From positions 20,388,213-20,452,212 of the forward strand of contig OZ234493.1 in NCBI GenBank assembly GCA_965153455.1: a stretch of DNA of 64,000 bases, written 5' to 3'. Below are positions 36,524-48,734 of the stretch, piece by piece. The notes under the pieces are model-generated. The model saw only the letters and a list, made by a program, of their open reading frames with translations, was not told the origin of the DNA and ran no database searches. This DNA comes from Sphagnum compactum. Taxonomy: Eukaryota. The translations under genes and the position numbers were made by a program. Each line of letters starts with the position of its first letter. Within the stretch, counting starts at the first letter, position 1.

Positions 36524-39500
36524 CTAGTCTTGTGGGCGGGCAGACCAAAGGGAGCTTAGTGCCTGCAGACAGGTGAAATGATCACTTATTCCAAGGAGGC
36601 CTCTTGCTGCTTGATGGGTTGTCAAAATTCGAAGCATTTGCTGCATCACTTGTTGCCTCAAATTATCTGCCTGTGATATTGTTGCCATTGCCAAAACATT
36701 AAGCATACCAAAATAATTCTCCTATTTGATTTGTTTTTACATTGAATCACAAACTGTAGATTTGAATTGTCTTAAAAGCAATTTGAAGGAAAAGGAAGAA
36801 ATTTACTATGACTAAGTGGACACCATCTTTCAATACATTAAGACAAGTATTATTTTTTTACAAATACACTTTTACATCACGTAATATTAAATAAAGACCT
36901 GTGATTTCTCTATGTTTGGACTACCATAATATGCAAAACCATTGTGAAAATTCCTTGCAACTTTGACATGGTTGAAGTTTAAAAACGATCAAGGAAACAA
37001 TATTTGTGACAACATCTCTTGTTCACTGTAGTGTGCTTTCACCCTCCAAGGACCAAAGTTTTGAGGAGAAATTGCGATATCTAATTGTAATCTCTGAGGG
37101 TGCATTTGCCAACTATAGAAAGATTGATACATAAAGAGTGATAGAGAAAAAGTTGAGTGATGAGAACAGAAACTGATGTACCTGATGCACAAAAGATTCA
37201 AGCATGCTCAATTTGCCCATAGCCATAGCCATTTGACTCATGTAGTTAGCAATGGTTGGTGACCTGCCCAGTAAGCCATTTGCAACTGTATCTGCAAGTG
37301 ATTGCTGTAATGCTTCCATTCCTTGTGAAAGTGCATCCTCTGCCTCCTGTGAAGATTGTTGTAGATTACAAATACCAACCAGCTGCTGTTCTGTCAAAGG
37401 CTCTATTTGTGGTATAAGAATCTGCACAACAATATCAATCCCCCAACAAGCAAAGCTCAAGCAAACAATCCCCAGAAGTCCCTTCAAAGTTCATATAACA
37501 CAAGCAATTCTTTTTCCAATCAGAAAAAAACCTATGTTTGCTATATCACATTTCTTTCAAAGTTCATATACAACAATAACAAACCTGGATCCATTTAGAA
37601 AAAAACCTACATTCACTATAAAGAATTTCAAAGTTTGTACTAATGTTGTCCAATTCTTGATTTCTGAGAGGACCTTCAATGCCAATTTTGAACTTTTTCC
37701 TTCGTTTGATAGAACCTCCAATGCAGTTCTGAAAGTGATTATCTACATTCAGAAAACCTTTGACTCTGGAGATTGCCCTCAAAATTTGAAGCCCAATCCA
37801 GTTTAAGACTGAGTTTACACTCATCTACCTTACACACAACTAAACTAGTGAAGCATTTGTGTAATATTGCTCTTGTGCAACAAGTGCAAAAATCCCAAGA
37901 CTAAAGATTGTGCACTACTTCATTGTTTTCAACCAATTAAAATTGACAAGTTTGTTTGAAAAGTATGGTTTAGCTTTTTCCCTTTCAAAAAAGTTTTACT
38001 CCTTTAGCTAGAGAACCTGGACCTGCTGAAAATGGGATAAGCATCCTAGTGGTGGTGGTGGTGGTGGTTCTAGTTTCAACAAAAAGGCAGTTACACAATT
38101 TGGATCCCATTCTGGTTTTGGCAAAATTGTGAGCATCCAGTTAGGTACCCTAGAACCTGACCTAGAACCAACCAGGGAAACAGCTTTGTACCAAAGAACC
38201 TCCCAACACTAGTTCTTACAACAATAACAAACATACATCCACTCAGACAATATAACGTTTTGTGGTTTTGGGTTGTACTTAGGTACATAGATTGAGAAAT
38301 TGAGATCATAGATTGAGTATCAATTACTTGCAGCTGAGACTGGATTTTTGGTTACGAATCTAGAGCTGTTGAGTGAATTTGGTTATGAATTTGAATTTGT
38401 AAACTGGGTGGGAGCCATGATATGTATATATATAATATTGATGAGTAAGTACTGTGATGTACCTTGAGGAGTTGGGATGGTCGAAAACCACCCATCCACA
38501 TGAAGCATATTCTCTCAACTGGTGTTTTCCACATGCCGAACACAATGTGGAAAACATCTGATCTTGCAGCGACTGCCTTGAGACGGAACATTTGCTCATA
38601 GTGCCTCATATTCTCATCAACAAGTAAGCGCAACTGATTTTCACTCACATCATTTGCGGCTGCTTCTTGCTGCATTAATGCTGCTCGAAGATTGCGCATC
38701 TGTCGCTGTTGCTCTTCAATCCATCTTCCATACTCTATGTCCAAGCTGCTGTACCTCGATGCTGCTGCCATGCATGCATGCGAGAATTAGTCCCACATTC
38801 ATCTCACATAGAACACCAAAGCTGAGCTGCAAAATGAAAAGACTTGGTTTGTATTTAATGGAAAGAAGAAGACAGTCAAGTAGCACTAGCGCAGGTTTTG
38901 CAGCTTAAGTACCAGGACGTCTAACAGCACCGGCTGCTGCATTCGCGCCTGCTCCTGCAACAGCTCTTGAATATTGAGGAATCAGCTGATGCTGGTTGCT
39001 CTATGTCCATGGTCCCACACCCACCACCAGCATCACCACGGTCCATGAAAAACCAAAACTAGTGCAACAACGGGCTGGCTACACATGATCATCATGTGCA
39101 GCACCCAGTGATGAGCTCTGCAGATCATCGTCATAAGACTAAGTTGTCATGATGTTGATTGTGAAACTCACATACTCTTGTCGAGCTACACTCTGAAGTT
39201 CCTGCTCCAGTTGATTCAACTTGACGCGGCTCGATTCCAGTTGCTGTACATACGCCTGATTGATTCACCACCACCAACCAAATTTGTCAATCCCGGCAGC
39301 AGAACCATCGGCCGACACCAAAATTCACAATGACTCTTCCTTGTGAGCCTGAGTTTAAGACAAGATGGAAGATCATTATCACAGTCAAGAGTTTTATACA
39401 CTGGAGGAAATATTGTTTGAAGTTAAACACGGAAGGTGAGGAGGATTTGACAAATCGACTAGCCTTCTTTCTTAGTCGGCTTTTGCGTGCTGCTTCACGA

Positions 39501-39941
39501 TTTTGAGCCAGCCGCCTGAGTGCCTGCACAGTTCACATAGAGTCCATGATACCAGCATGGATTTCATCACAAATACCCAAAAAAAGAGAAAAAAGAAAGA
39601 AATTGCTGCAACGCTTCCCAGTGTCGAGTCCATGCAAACTAGCAGCTTCCAGCTAGCTAGCCCCACAAACATCGTCCTTTGAACAACAGTAACAGTAAGT
39701 CCCAGATTGTGCATTTTGCAAACTTTAATTCCAGCTGCTAAATCCAAAGCCCATCTAGCTCGATGAAACGACTTGAGAATTAGTACGCAGGCAGACGTTG
39801 TCTGTGTACTATGTAGTTGTAACCGAACCTGTCGAGCTTGTGATCCAATTTTACCTTGCTATGATCAACAGCAGCTGTTGCAGCTTCATGATCAGCTATG
39901 GAAGCTGCAGTATCTTTTAATCTTGGACTGTTGTCTGCCAT
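36524..39941 (-). CDS. TGA: TGA-type (group D) bZIP transcription factor with DOG1 domain, ~335 aa
   Basis: Predicted exons (minus): 39941-39855 (MADNSPR..), 39523-39464 (ALRRLAQNREAARKSRLRKK), 39255-39172 (AYVQQLESSRVKLNQLEQELQ), 39000-38913, 38764-38463 (EYGRWIEE..GMWKTPVER..WMGGFRPS), 37421-37182 (IEPLTEQQL..AEDALSQGMEALQQSL), 36670-36524 (ADNLRQQ..ALSSLW); 1008 nt in frame. An extra small exon between the first two cannot be excluded. Confidence 0.92.
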
Positions 39942-40579
39942 ATTCTAGCTAGGATTAATCTGTAGTTCACTCTCGATGGCTGGCAATCTTATAGTACTCT
40001 ACTTCATGACCTCGGGTGAATTGTTGAAACTAGCTAGGAGATCCACTGCAGCAGCATGGTCCATCCCAGCTGATATGTGTTATGTAAAATGTACTCTCGC
40101 TCTGAAAAAGACTTGGCATGATCAGCTTGGACACTACTGGATCATGCACCTGGGCAGCGATTTCTTGGCTTTGAATTCTACCAAAAAATCAAATTTTTTT
40201 TTCAGCAGCTGCTTTCTGTCATGATCAATTCTGCAGGACTCCCAGCTAAAGCCAAAACACATTATGATCAACCCCAAAAGGGAAAGAAAAACATAAGAAA
40301 TAAGAAGAAGAAAAAAATTCATGAGGTCCACACTACTCATCTTCTTGCTCATCTTCTTTCTTGCTCCTCATACATAAGAGAACTACAACTACCAAGTGAC
40401 TTCAAAGGGCAATATTGGAATTGTTTGGAAACAACAGCAGCAGCAAGTCTGAAATTGTGCATTTGTTTTTTCTGGCTGGCTATATATAGCCAGAATGATG
40501 TATTAAAATTTTAAAAAGTGCTAAAATCCTGTGCTTTTTGAGATTTTCAATTGCCAGAATTCGACCAAAATTTAAGAAA

Positions 40580-40720
40580 AATAGATAGATTTCTGTACAT
40601 GGTTCAAAGTAGGGTAGCCAAAAATATAGAAAGAATATTTTAGAAATTTTACTTTCATATTTAGCTTGTAGCCAAATTTGGCTAAATCTTCATGTAGATC
40701 ATTGCCACTTTGGCTATAAC
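40580..40720 (-). repeat. Dispersed repeat family (GAAGATTTAGCCAAATTTGGCTA core)
   Basis: Related copies at ~10940-11050, ~41035-41270 and ~41800-42060 (+), and a weaker one at ~9300-9440 (-). Confidence 0.7.
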
Positions 40721-40764
40721 ACACAATTGTCCACCAAAAAAAAAAAAACACACTTGCAAATTGC

Positions 40765-40862
40765 AATCATCACCATCTTCTTCTTCATCATCAGCAGCAG
40801 CAGCAGCATCATCACCATCATGATCTTCACTGGCAGTCTAGTTTGATGATGATGATGATGAG
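40765..40862. repeat. Compound (CTT/CAT/CAG/GAT)n tract upstream of the TGA gene
   Basis: Visible triplet runs, typical of 5' leader regions. Confidence 0.7.
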
Positions 40863-43749
40863 AGTCCTGGGGATTCATGGCGTATCTGGAAACAACTCAT
40901 GGCGTATCCATCCAGCAAAAGCTTTCTTCCCATGCAAATAAAAAACAAAAGAAATCCTACCCAGAAAAAATAAAATAAAAAATCCATCATTATACACTAA
41001 AAAGAAGAATTTAAGAGATTCTTTTTAACTTAACCAAAGTGGCAATCATCCTTGTGAAGATTTAGCCAAATATGGCTATAAACCATATATGAAAATATAA
41101 AAAATTTAATCATCCTTTTATATTTTTGGCTATACACTGAAAACCAAATGTAAAAAGTTGACGATTTTTACTATTTTTTTCCTCACTTATGGCGATTGAA
41201 AAACTCCAAACTGACTTCATTTTCGAATTTTTCATTTATGATATCAGGTTTCGGAAAATTTTCGCCAATTTATTAATAAAAAAAAGCTGCTTGAAAAATC
41301 GGTACACACAAGTTTGGGGTATTCTTCCTCCCCTCTTCTGTTCTTTGAGTGTGTCAGGTCTTGATTCTTGAACAGGAAAAGAAAAGGGTGGGTTTTCTTT
41401 TCTTTGAATTTTTTTTTATTGTTTGTTTGTTTTATGATTGAGTTTGTCATTATGCTTCACATTGAATGCATTTCAAGTTTTCAACTCAACAAAAGAGGAT
41501 TTTATTTTTTCTATGTTTTTTCTAATGTTTCGTATTTTATGATAACTTGTTGTCATTATTATGCCTGACATTGAATGCATTTCAAGTAAAGCAGGAAAGC
41601 TTCGTTTTCTTCAGATTTTTTTTATTGTTTTTGAAAATTTTATTGATTGAAATTGTAATTATGCTTCACATAGAATACCTTTTCAAACAAAGGAATATGT
41701 GTTTTGCATTTGGACTTATTATGACTAATCCAATGAGGGAAAGGAATGATGAAGGTTCAGATTTCAATCAGTGTTTTTTTTAAGGAATTTTTTTATGCAG
41801 CCTAAGTGGCAATTGTCAATAGGAAGACCTAGAAAAAGCGAGATCATCCCTATAAAGATTTAGCCAAATCTGGCTATAAACCATACATGATGCACAAATT
41901 TTTAATCATGGTTCTATATCTCTCACTAATTACTGGAAGAAAATATTGCAATTTAGTGATTTTACATTTTTTTCCTGACTTTCTGGAGATTGAAAACCCC
42001 AAAATTAATATTATTTTCAATTTAATTGGCAAAATTTCTCTTGTAAAAAGAAGGCTGGTTCAGATCTAATGAAGACTATGTAGCTTAGTCTTCCAACAGT
42101 CAACTTCTTTTGTCAAAGTGAATAAAGGTGTGGAACCCAAGAAAAATTGGATGAATTTAGAGGATTGGGACGATGGATGAATTAAGAGCTTGTTGGACAA
42201 TGGAAACTTCCTCCATTTTCATCCAATTGTCCAACTTTCCACACAAGCTGAAAAAGTTGTACTATTGAGGAAGATAAAACAAGTGAGAAATTGGCTTCAC
42301 ATGAGATTCAAACCTTGTCCTTCCCACTCAAATGATTAGTTCTAAACCAATCCCTAAAACTGACCTTCAGGCTTCGTTGGAAGAATCCATTGACAATCAC
42401 AAGCAAACAATTTATTACATAATTGAATAATATATTCAAAAGGTCTGAAAAACATCCTTTTTCATGTTGTACACATTGTTTTAAACCCCGTTGAACCTGA
42501 CACTACATTTAATTCGATGCACCTGTTTAGCATTTGCGTCTTGGAGCCACATGTATTTGACACAAGAGAGAGAGAATGTTGTCACTCATTACACCATGTG
42601 GGGCGCACGGCATTTTGTGACATACCATGAACACACATATACTTGTACCCTGCTATTGATAATCCACAGTCATTTTGAGATTGGAAAAAGGCAAATCCAA
42701 CAATCCCCATTTGAATATTTCAAAATTCTCCTTTGTTTTGTGCAATAGGAGATGCATGAGTTTATAGCTTTTGTGTGGTTTTTAAATTTCATTATCACAT
42801 ATTTTCACTGTTATTATTATTATTATTAGTATTGTGGGTTACCGATATTTGGGGATTGTTCAACAGTGAACTTCATGGACAGTTTCCCTACTCAAAGAAG
42901 GTAGGGTATTTCTTGACAAGTATGAGTTTCCTTTTTCCTCCCACAGAGAGAATGAAAAAAGAACTAAAGTTATGATTGCTTGAATATTAACATGTTACCC
43001 CCATTATTTTGCATAGAATTAATGTTAGAATGTATGTACAAAACCCTGAACTCTGAAACCTTAATGACTGCCCCCGAAATCATTGTTCTGTGAAATAATG
43101 ATACGTTGCATTCACGTACATTCCACGCTAGAAACTTGAACAAACATGAAGCTTTAAATGGATAAAGGACTCAAGACATCTGACGATTCTTCTCACACAT
43201 AAAAGAAAACAAATTCATGATCCCTCTGCATGTACCGATTCTCGAACAAACTCACACTTGGACAAATATGTCTTGGATCCAAAAGTGTCCACTTGGCAGT
43301 ACCATTTTGAATTTCTGCTTTCCCACCTCAACTTTGTACAGGAAGGGTAACAAATGGATGAATGTTCATATCTAAAGTATAGGCTTTGAGAAAGTTATAA
43401 TTGAGCTTCAAACCCTTATCTAGTGGTATGTTTTCATATTTATGTTTGTATATACAAGCTTAGATCACACCCACTGCCACTCAGTATGTGACCCTGCACA
43501 TTAAAATCAGATGAAGAAAAGTCAACATATGCTGATTTAGCTCAGGAAAATAAAACTCAAGGATGGGAACCCATCCATCAAATCAACAAGGCCAATGAGA
43601 AGAGAAGTAGACACAAAAAAACAAAAACAAATAATCAACAAAACTCAGTTAAAGACCCTATGCAAAGAGGACTTATGGCAACAAAATGACAATCAGCAAT
43701 AATAAAGAAGACCTAAGACAAAAGAGTTGTCATCTGCCACAAATCGATT

Positions 43750-44340
43750 AGTGACAAAGGTGCACTAGCATGATGTGCGGAAGAGATGAAAAATCTCGAC
43801 CAAGTGCAACAACCCATTGAAGAATCGCTATGGTTTGCGAACGCCTGCTATTAATGGTGTAACCTAAATGTTGACTAATCGATATGGGGTTGGTAACCAA
43901 ATTCAGTTGTGATCGAATTTGTTGCATAGGTACACCAACATGTGTCATTGGTGTGTTTGGTACCATAAGCTATAGAGAAGTTTTGAGTTTTTCTTTCATC
44001 AATCTTTTCAATTTATCATCCACAAAAGGACAATTCTTGAACTCATGTCCAACCTGTTGACAATATGCACATGTTAATACAACTTCAACAATGGGTTTGA
44101 ATGGTTGTAACTGGGATATTTCACTAAACAAGCGGTCATTCAACGGTGCCCATGATAGGTACACTCGCCCAAACAATTTGATGAAGTGGTTGTGTTTGTT
44201 GAACACCAACATGGGCTATGATTGCTTCCACTAATTCTACAAGCTGTTGAGAACTAAATCTATGTGAAGGTATTTGCTCCAAGTTACATAGATGTTTTAA
44301 TTGGGTTGAAAGTTGGTTGCGCTCCAACTCTAAATCCACA
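43750..44340 (-). pseudogene. Decayed gag-like relic with CCHC zinc knuckle
   Basis: CAYCQQVGHEFKNCPFVDDKLKRLM in ORF 43970-44212; a similar, more decayed motif lies at ~63770-63870 (+). Confidence 0.55.
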
Positions 44341-44399
44341 AAACAATACTTGTACCATAGTTATGTTGGAATAGTTGCTTGGTGCAGGATCTTTTGGTG

Positions 44400-44714
44400 G
44401 TTTTATCGGTCATTTAACTCGTTGTCAAACCATTCTTCTTGTTTTTTTGGGTGGGTTCAGACTCCCTACTGTAGATCGGACTACTGCCCTCGCATTCGTA
44501 GGATGTTGGGCATTAATTGTTCCCACACTTGTCACTCGTTACCAATAGGATGATCACCCTATTGTTCTAGATGTAATAACACATGTTGAAACGACATTTT
44601 CTTGTTCCAGATGGTAGTACGAGGTGCTCGAGCCCTATTATCCCAAGTTGTCCACTCTCAAGTTTCACCTTTTGAAAGCTTAATGGTTTAATCATATTTC
44701 CAGTTGCAGGCTTC
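44400..44714 (+). pseudogene. Relic of a non-LTR (CRE/RLE-like) reverse transcriptase, left part; continues at 50781-50940
   Basis: Frame reads QTILLVFLGGFRLPTVDRTTALAFVGCWALI, resembling the LP..GGLGL...AF.GSW thumb region. It continues across the LTR insertion as QLQASLANHLHEQKF..ACFHSCAG. Confidence 0.45.
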
Positions 44715-44978
44715 TGTTATGGACCGACAACAAACAAGTGGAGAATTAGACAAGACAAGATTTATTGACCCATCAACTGGTGTTGATCTGCTAAAGGGTT
44801 GTTCCCCAGACTATCTCCTTTTATAACCCTGAGCCATACTAGTCCCAAAATATCCTAGGCCATGATATTGCCAAAAGTATCCCAAAATATCCTAGGCCAT
44901 GATATTGCCAAAAGTATCCAAAAATATCCTAGGACATGACATTGCCAAAAGTATCCCAAAATATCTTAGGCCATGACA
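44715..44978 (-). repeat. 3' LTR (264 bp)
   Basis: Differs from the 5' LTR by 2 substitutions and one 3-bp indel (manual comparison); contains 3.6 copies of a 37-bp unit (44844-44978). Confidence 0.97.
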
Positions 44979-44981
44979 TTA

Positions 44982-44991
44982 TCCTCTCCTC
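44982..44991 (-). other. Polypurine tract
   Basis: GAGGAGAGGA on the minus strand, followed by the pol stop TAA and then directly the 3' LTR. Confidence 0.85.
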
Positions 44992-47900
44992 AAGCGACAT
45001 CTTCTAGATGGAGCCGGTTTGTTAGGATATCGTTGGTGAAACCGATTAACTAAGTCTTGGGCATGAACTAGGTTTCCAGCAGGCTCCCAAGTAGCTTCAG
45101 AAGGAGGATAACCTCGCCAAAAGATAAGGTACAGGAGCTTTCCACGAATCTTCTTGGAGTCCAAGACCTCCTGAACTTCAAACTCTTCCTGGCCTTCAAT
45201 TTCGACTGGAGCTGGGGGTTCTTGATGACGTTCTGGGATCGGGTTTTCATGATAGGGCTCAAGCAGGGAGACATGGAAAACATTGTGGATTTTGAACTTG
45301 GGTGGAAGCTCCAACTGGCAAGCCATTAGACCAACCAATTTGGCGATTTTGAAAGGTCCGAGGCGCTTGTAATCCAACTTGGCACATGGGCGAGTGGTAG
45401 CAATGTTCTTTCTGAGAAGCCAGACCTTGTCTCCAACCTTGAAGTTTGGATGGTCCTTGCGTCGGCGGTCTGCTTGCTTCTTTTGCCACTCTTGTGTTAG
45501 CTTGAGTTCTGCCATAAGGTTCTGTTGAACCTGTCCAAGCCTCGTGGCCCTTTCTTCAGCCGAAGGGTTTACGGAGTCTCCAGGAATTTCAAGGCTGAAC
45601 CTGGGATGAAAACCGTAATTGGCAAAGAATGGACTGACCCCGGTCGATGCATGTGTTGTGTTATTATAAGCAAACTCTGCTTGAGATAGTAGGTCCAGCC
45701 AGTCGTCCTGTTGGTAGTTCACAGTGCAGCGAAGGTATTGCTCGAGTGTCTGGTTTGTCCGTTCGGTTTGTCCATCTGTCTCAGGGTGGAAAGCTGAAGA
45801 TAGCCGAATGTCAACTCCAAGAAGCTCGAATAGACGATGCCAGAACTTGGATGCAAACTGAGGACCTCTGTCGGACACAATTTCCTCGGGGAGTCCATGC
45901 AGTCGGATGATCCCGTCCAGAATTAACTGAGCTGTCTCTTCTGCTGTGATTGACTTGGAACAAGGGGTGAAATGGGCCATTTTGGTGAGTCGATTGACCA
46001 CAACCAGTATTGAATTCTTGGTTCTGACAGTAGGGAGGTCCGTGATGAAGTCCATTGCAATAGATCCCCAAGGTCGGCTAGGAATCGACAGAGGCTGTAG
46101 GAGTCCAAACGGGCGATGCCTGGGAGCCTTGGATCGAGCACATGTATCACAAGACTTGACATACTCCCGTAGCATCTTGTTCATTTTGGGCCACCAGTAA
46201 GTCCTTGACACTAGTTCGTGAGTCCGTGCCATTCCAAAGTGACCTGCTAGGGTGTTGTCGTGGCATTCCCTCAGGATTTTTAGGCGTATAGGTCCTTCGG
46301 GTACATAAATCAGGTTATTTCGAAGGAGAAGTCCGTCTTGCTGCTCAAATTGATCCAAGTCATCACGATTTGGGTTCCTTGGTCGTTCCTGGAGTTCCTT
46401 CTTGATGTTGGTAGCCCAGGTGTCTTCCTCAGTTGCCATCTTGATGTCCCTGACAAGGTATGAGTCTGGGAGGGTGCTGATTGTTGCTGCAACTCGAAAT
46501 TGCTCGGGGTTGAGTAAAGTCTGGTTCTGCTGGCCGTAGGCCTCATCCCCCGCTCGAAGTTCATATTCTGAACGACGAGATAGCGCGTCAGCTTTCCCTT
46601 GCTGGGTGCCGGGTTGATACTGAATCTCAAAGTCGAAATCAGCTAGGAAGATAGACCAGCGTGCCTGGCGACGATTTAAGGTCCGAGTAGTTGTGAAATA
46701 AAGGAGATTCTTGTGATCTGTCAGAACTTGGACTCGATGTTGAGCTCCGGCAAGATACGGTCTCCACTGCTCGAATGACGTGATGATTGCCAGAAGTTCC
46801 TTATCGTAGACCTGGTAGTTGATTTCGGCACTGGTTAACTTCCGTGAATAAAAAGCAACTGGATGCAGCAACCCATCTATTCCAAATTGAGATAGAATAG
46901 CTCCCAAGGCAAAATCTGAAGCGTCCGTTTCCACAATGAATGGCTTGGCAGGATCGGGATGTATCAGGATGGGTGCAGAGGTGAATGCCATCTTGAGAGT
47001 ATCAAAAGCAGCCTGGGCCGTTGGATTCCACGAGAAGGGCTTGTCTTTGCAAGTCAGGGTTATTAACGGTGTTGTGATCTTGGAGTAGCCTTTGATAAAC
47101 CGACGACAGAAGTTGGCAAACCCTAGGAAGCGTTGAACGTCCTTGACCGAGGATGGAGTAGCCCAACACTGGATGGTCTCGACCTTTGACTTGTCTATGA
47201 AAATGCCATCTGGAGAGATCACGTAGCCGAGGAACGCCACTGAAGATTTGTCGAATTCACATTTTTCCAACTTGGCGTATAAGCCATGCTCCCGCAGCGT
47301 CGCAAGCACCAATCGTACATGTTTGTCGTGGGTTTCCTGGTCCTTGGAAAAGATTAAAATGTCATCCAAATAGACCACGACAAATTCGTCCATGTAATCC
47401 CGGAAGATATCATTCATCAGATGCTGAAAGACTGCGGGTGCATTGGTGAGGCCGAAGGGCATGACCGTGTATTCGAAGTGGCCATAGCGTGTGCGAAAAG
47501 CTATCTTCCATTCATCACCAGGGCGAATCCTAAGTAAGTTGTAGGCTCAACAGAGGTCAAGCTTGGTGAAGATCTTCCCGGTACGTAGTCGATTTAGGAG
47601 ACCTGAAATCAAGGGCAAAGGATATCGATTCTTTTTGGTTATCTTGTTGAATCCACGATAATCCACACAGAGTCGAAGGGAGCCATCCTTCTTCTTGACA
47701 AACAAAATTGGGGCGCCGGCTGGAGACTTGGAATGCTGAATGAACCCCTTGGCAAGATTTTCAGTAAGGTAATCACGCAGGGCTTGGAGTTCCGGTTCCG
47801 ATAGGCCATAGATAGGACCAAAGGGTGGTGAGTGTCCTCCTAGATCAATCGGGCAGTCATATGGACTATGGGCGGGGAGCTGATCAGTATTAATCTTTTC

Positions 47901-48656
47901 AAAAACATCAACAAAGTCCTTGTACTTCTTGGGAAGTTTGACAGGTGTTGGTTCTAATTGGGGGTTTGTGGTGTTGGCTGGGTTGACATGGATGGCGAAG
48001 ACTTGAAGATTCTTAGCAGCCCGATAGAAAGGGACAGCTCTATCAACGAAGATCTGGACAGGGTTGGTTTTCTGGGCAGGATTCTTGACAAGATTCTTGA
48101 CAGGACAAGGTTTCGTTCTGACCTACCGGGGGTTCTTGACTGCAAGATTTGACATAACAGACTTGATAAAACTGGAATTGGTTCTGACCCTCTTTGGGTT
48201 CTCGACCACAGGGTTCTTGGCAGGACTAGACAAAGTGTTTTTCTGAGCGTGGGGTTCTTGAGAGGTGCGTCGTTGTGCGCTGAAGGTGAGGGTTCTAGAT
48301 CGCCAATCAATGATAGGGTTGTGTGCTTCTAGCCAAGGCAGACCAAGGATGATGGGATGGTGAGGGGTGGAAATGATGTTGAGAACAATCTTCTCCGTGT
48401 GCTTGCCGATACAGAGTTCTAGAGGGGTTGTCTCGTGTGTGATTGCACCAGAAGCAATGGTTCTCCCATCAATAACCTCTACCGGAACAGGGGTTGACTT
48501 CTTGACCACAGGGATGTTGTGTTGGACGACAAATGTTTGGTCGATGAAAGAAGAGGTGGCGCCGGAGTCCACCAAAGCTGACACTTGTGGTATGTCTTCT
48601 GGAATACGAATGATGTCCACATACTGAGTGAAACTGGGACTGGGACCAACAGTGGA

Positions 48657-48734
48657 ACAGGAGCCTTTGCAAAGGTGGTGTTGGGTGAGATCCAGTCGCA
48701 CGGCTCCTACTGTGACTGGATGTTCTTGTTTTCC
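48657..48734 (-). promoter_or_regulatory. Putative -1 ribosomal frameshift signal (slippery site + pseudoknot)
   Basis: G GAA AAC at 48734-48728, 6-nt spacer, stem 48721-48711/48700-48690; loop AGGAGCC is complementary to GGCTCCT at 48665-48659. pol is in the -1 frame relative to gag. Confidence 0.7.

Larger units (their letters stand above)
44979..48734 (-). pseudogene. pol: pol (aspartic protease, RT, RNase H, integrase, chromodomain) with two in-frame stops
   Basis: ALVDSGAT (protease), YLDD (RT), ETDASD and DHKNL (RNase H), HHCC plus DFI/SDRG/ERTNQ (integrase), GPF, and EVQEVLD..YLIFWRGY..ATWEP (chromodomain). One continuous frame broken by TAG at 48123-48125 and TGA at 47547-47549. Confidence 0.93.

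Noticed and set aside
37252..37806. 184-aa plus-strand ORF
   Set aside because: Antisense shadow of a TGA exon plus intron; no motif.
44844..44978. 37-bp repeats as a CRISPR array
   Set aside because: Head-to-tail units without spacers, inside LTRs, in eukaryotic DNA with no cas genes.
48100..48230. Degenerate ~66-bp duplication (KNP..VRT) between protease and RT
   Set aside because: Real but minor; ordinary linker expansion.
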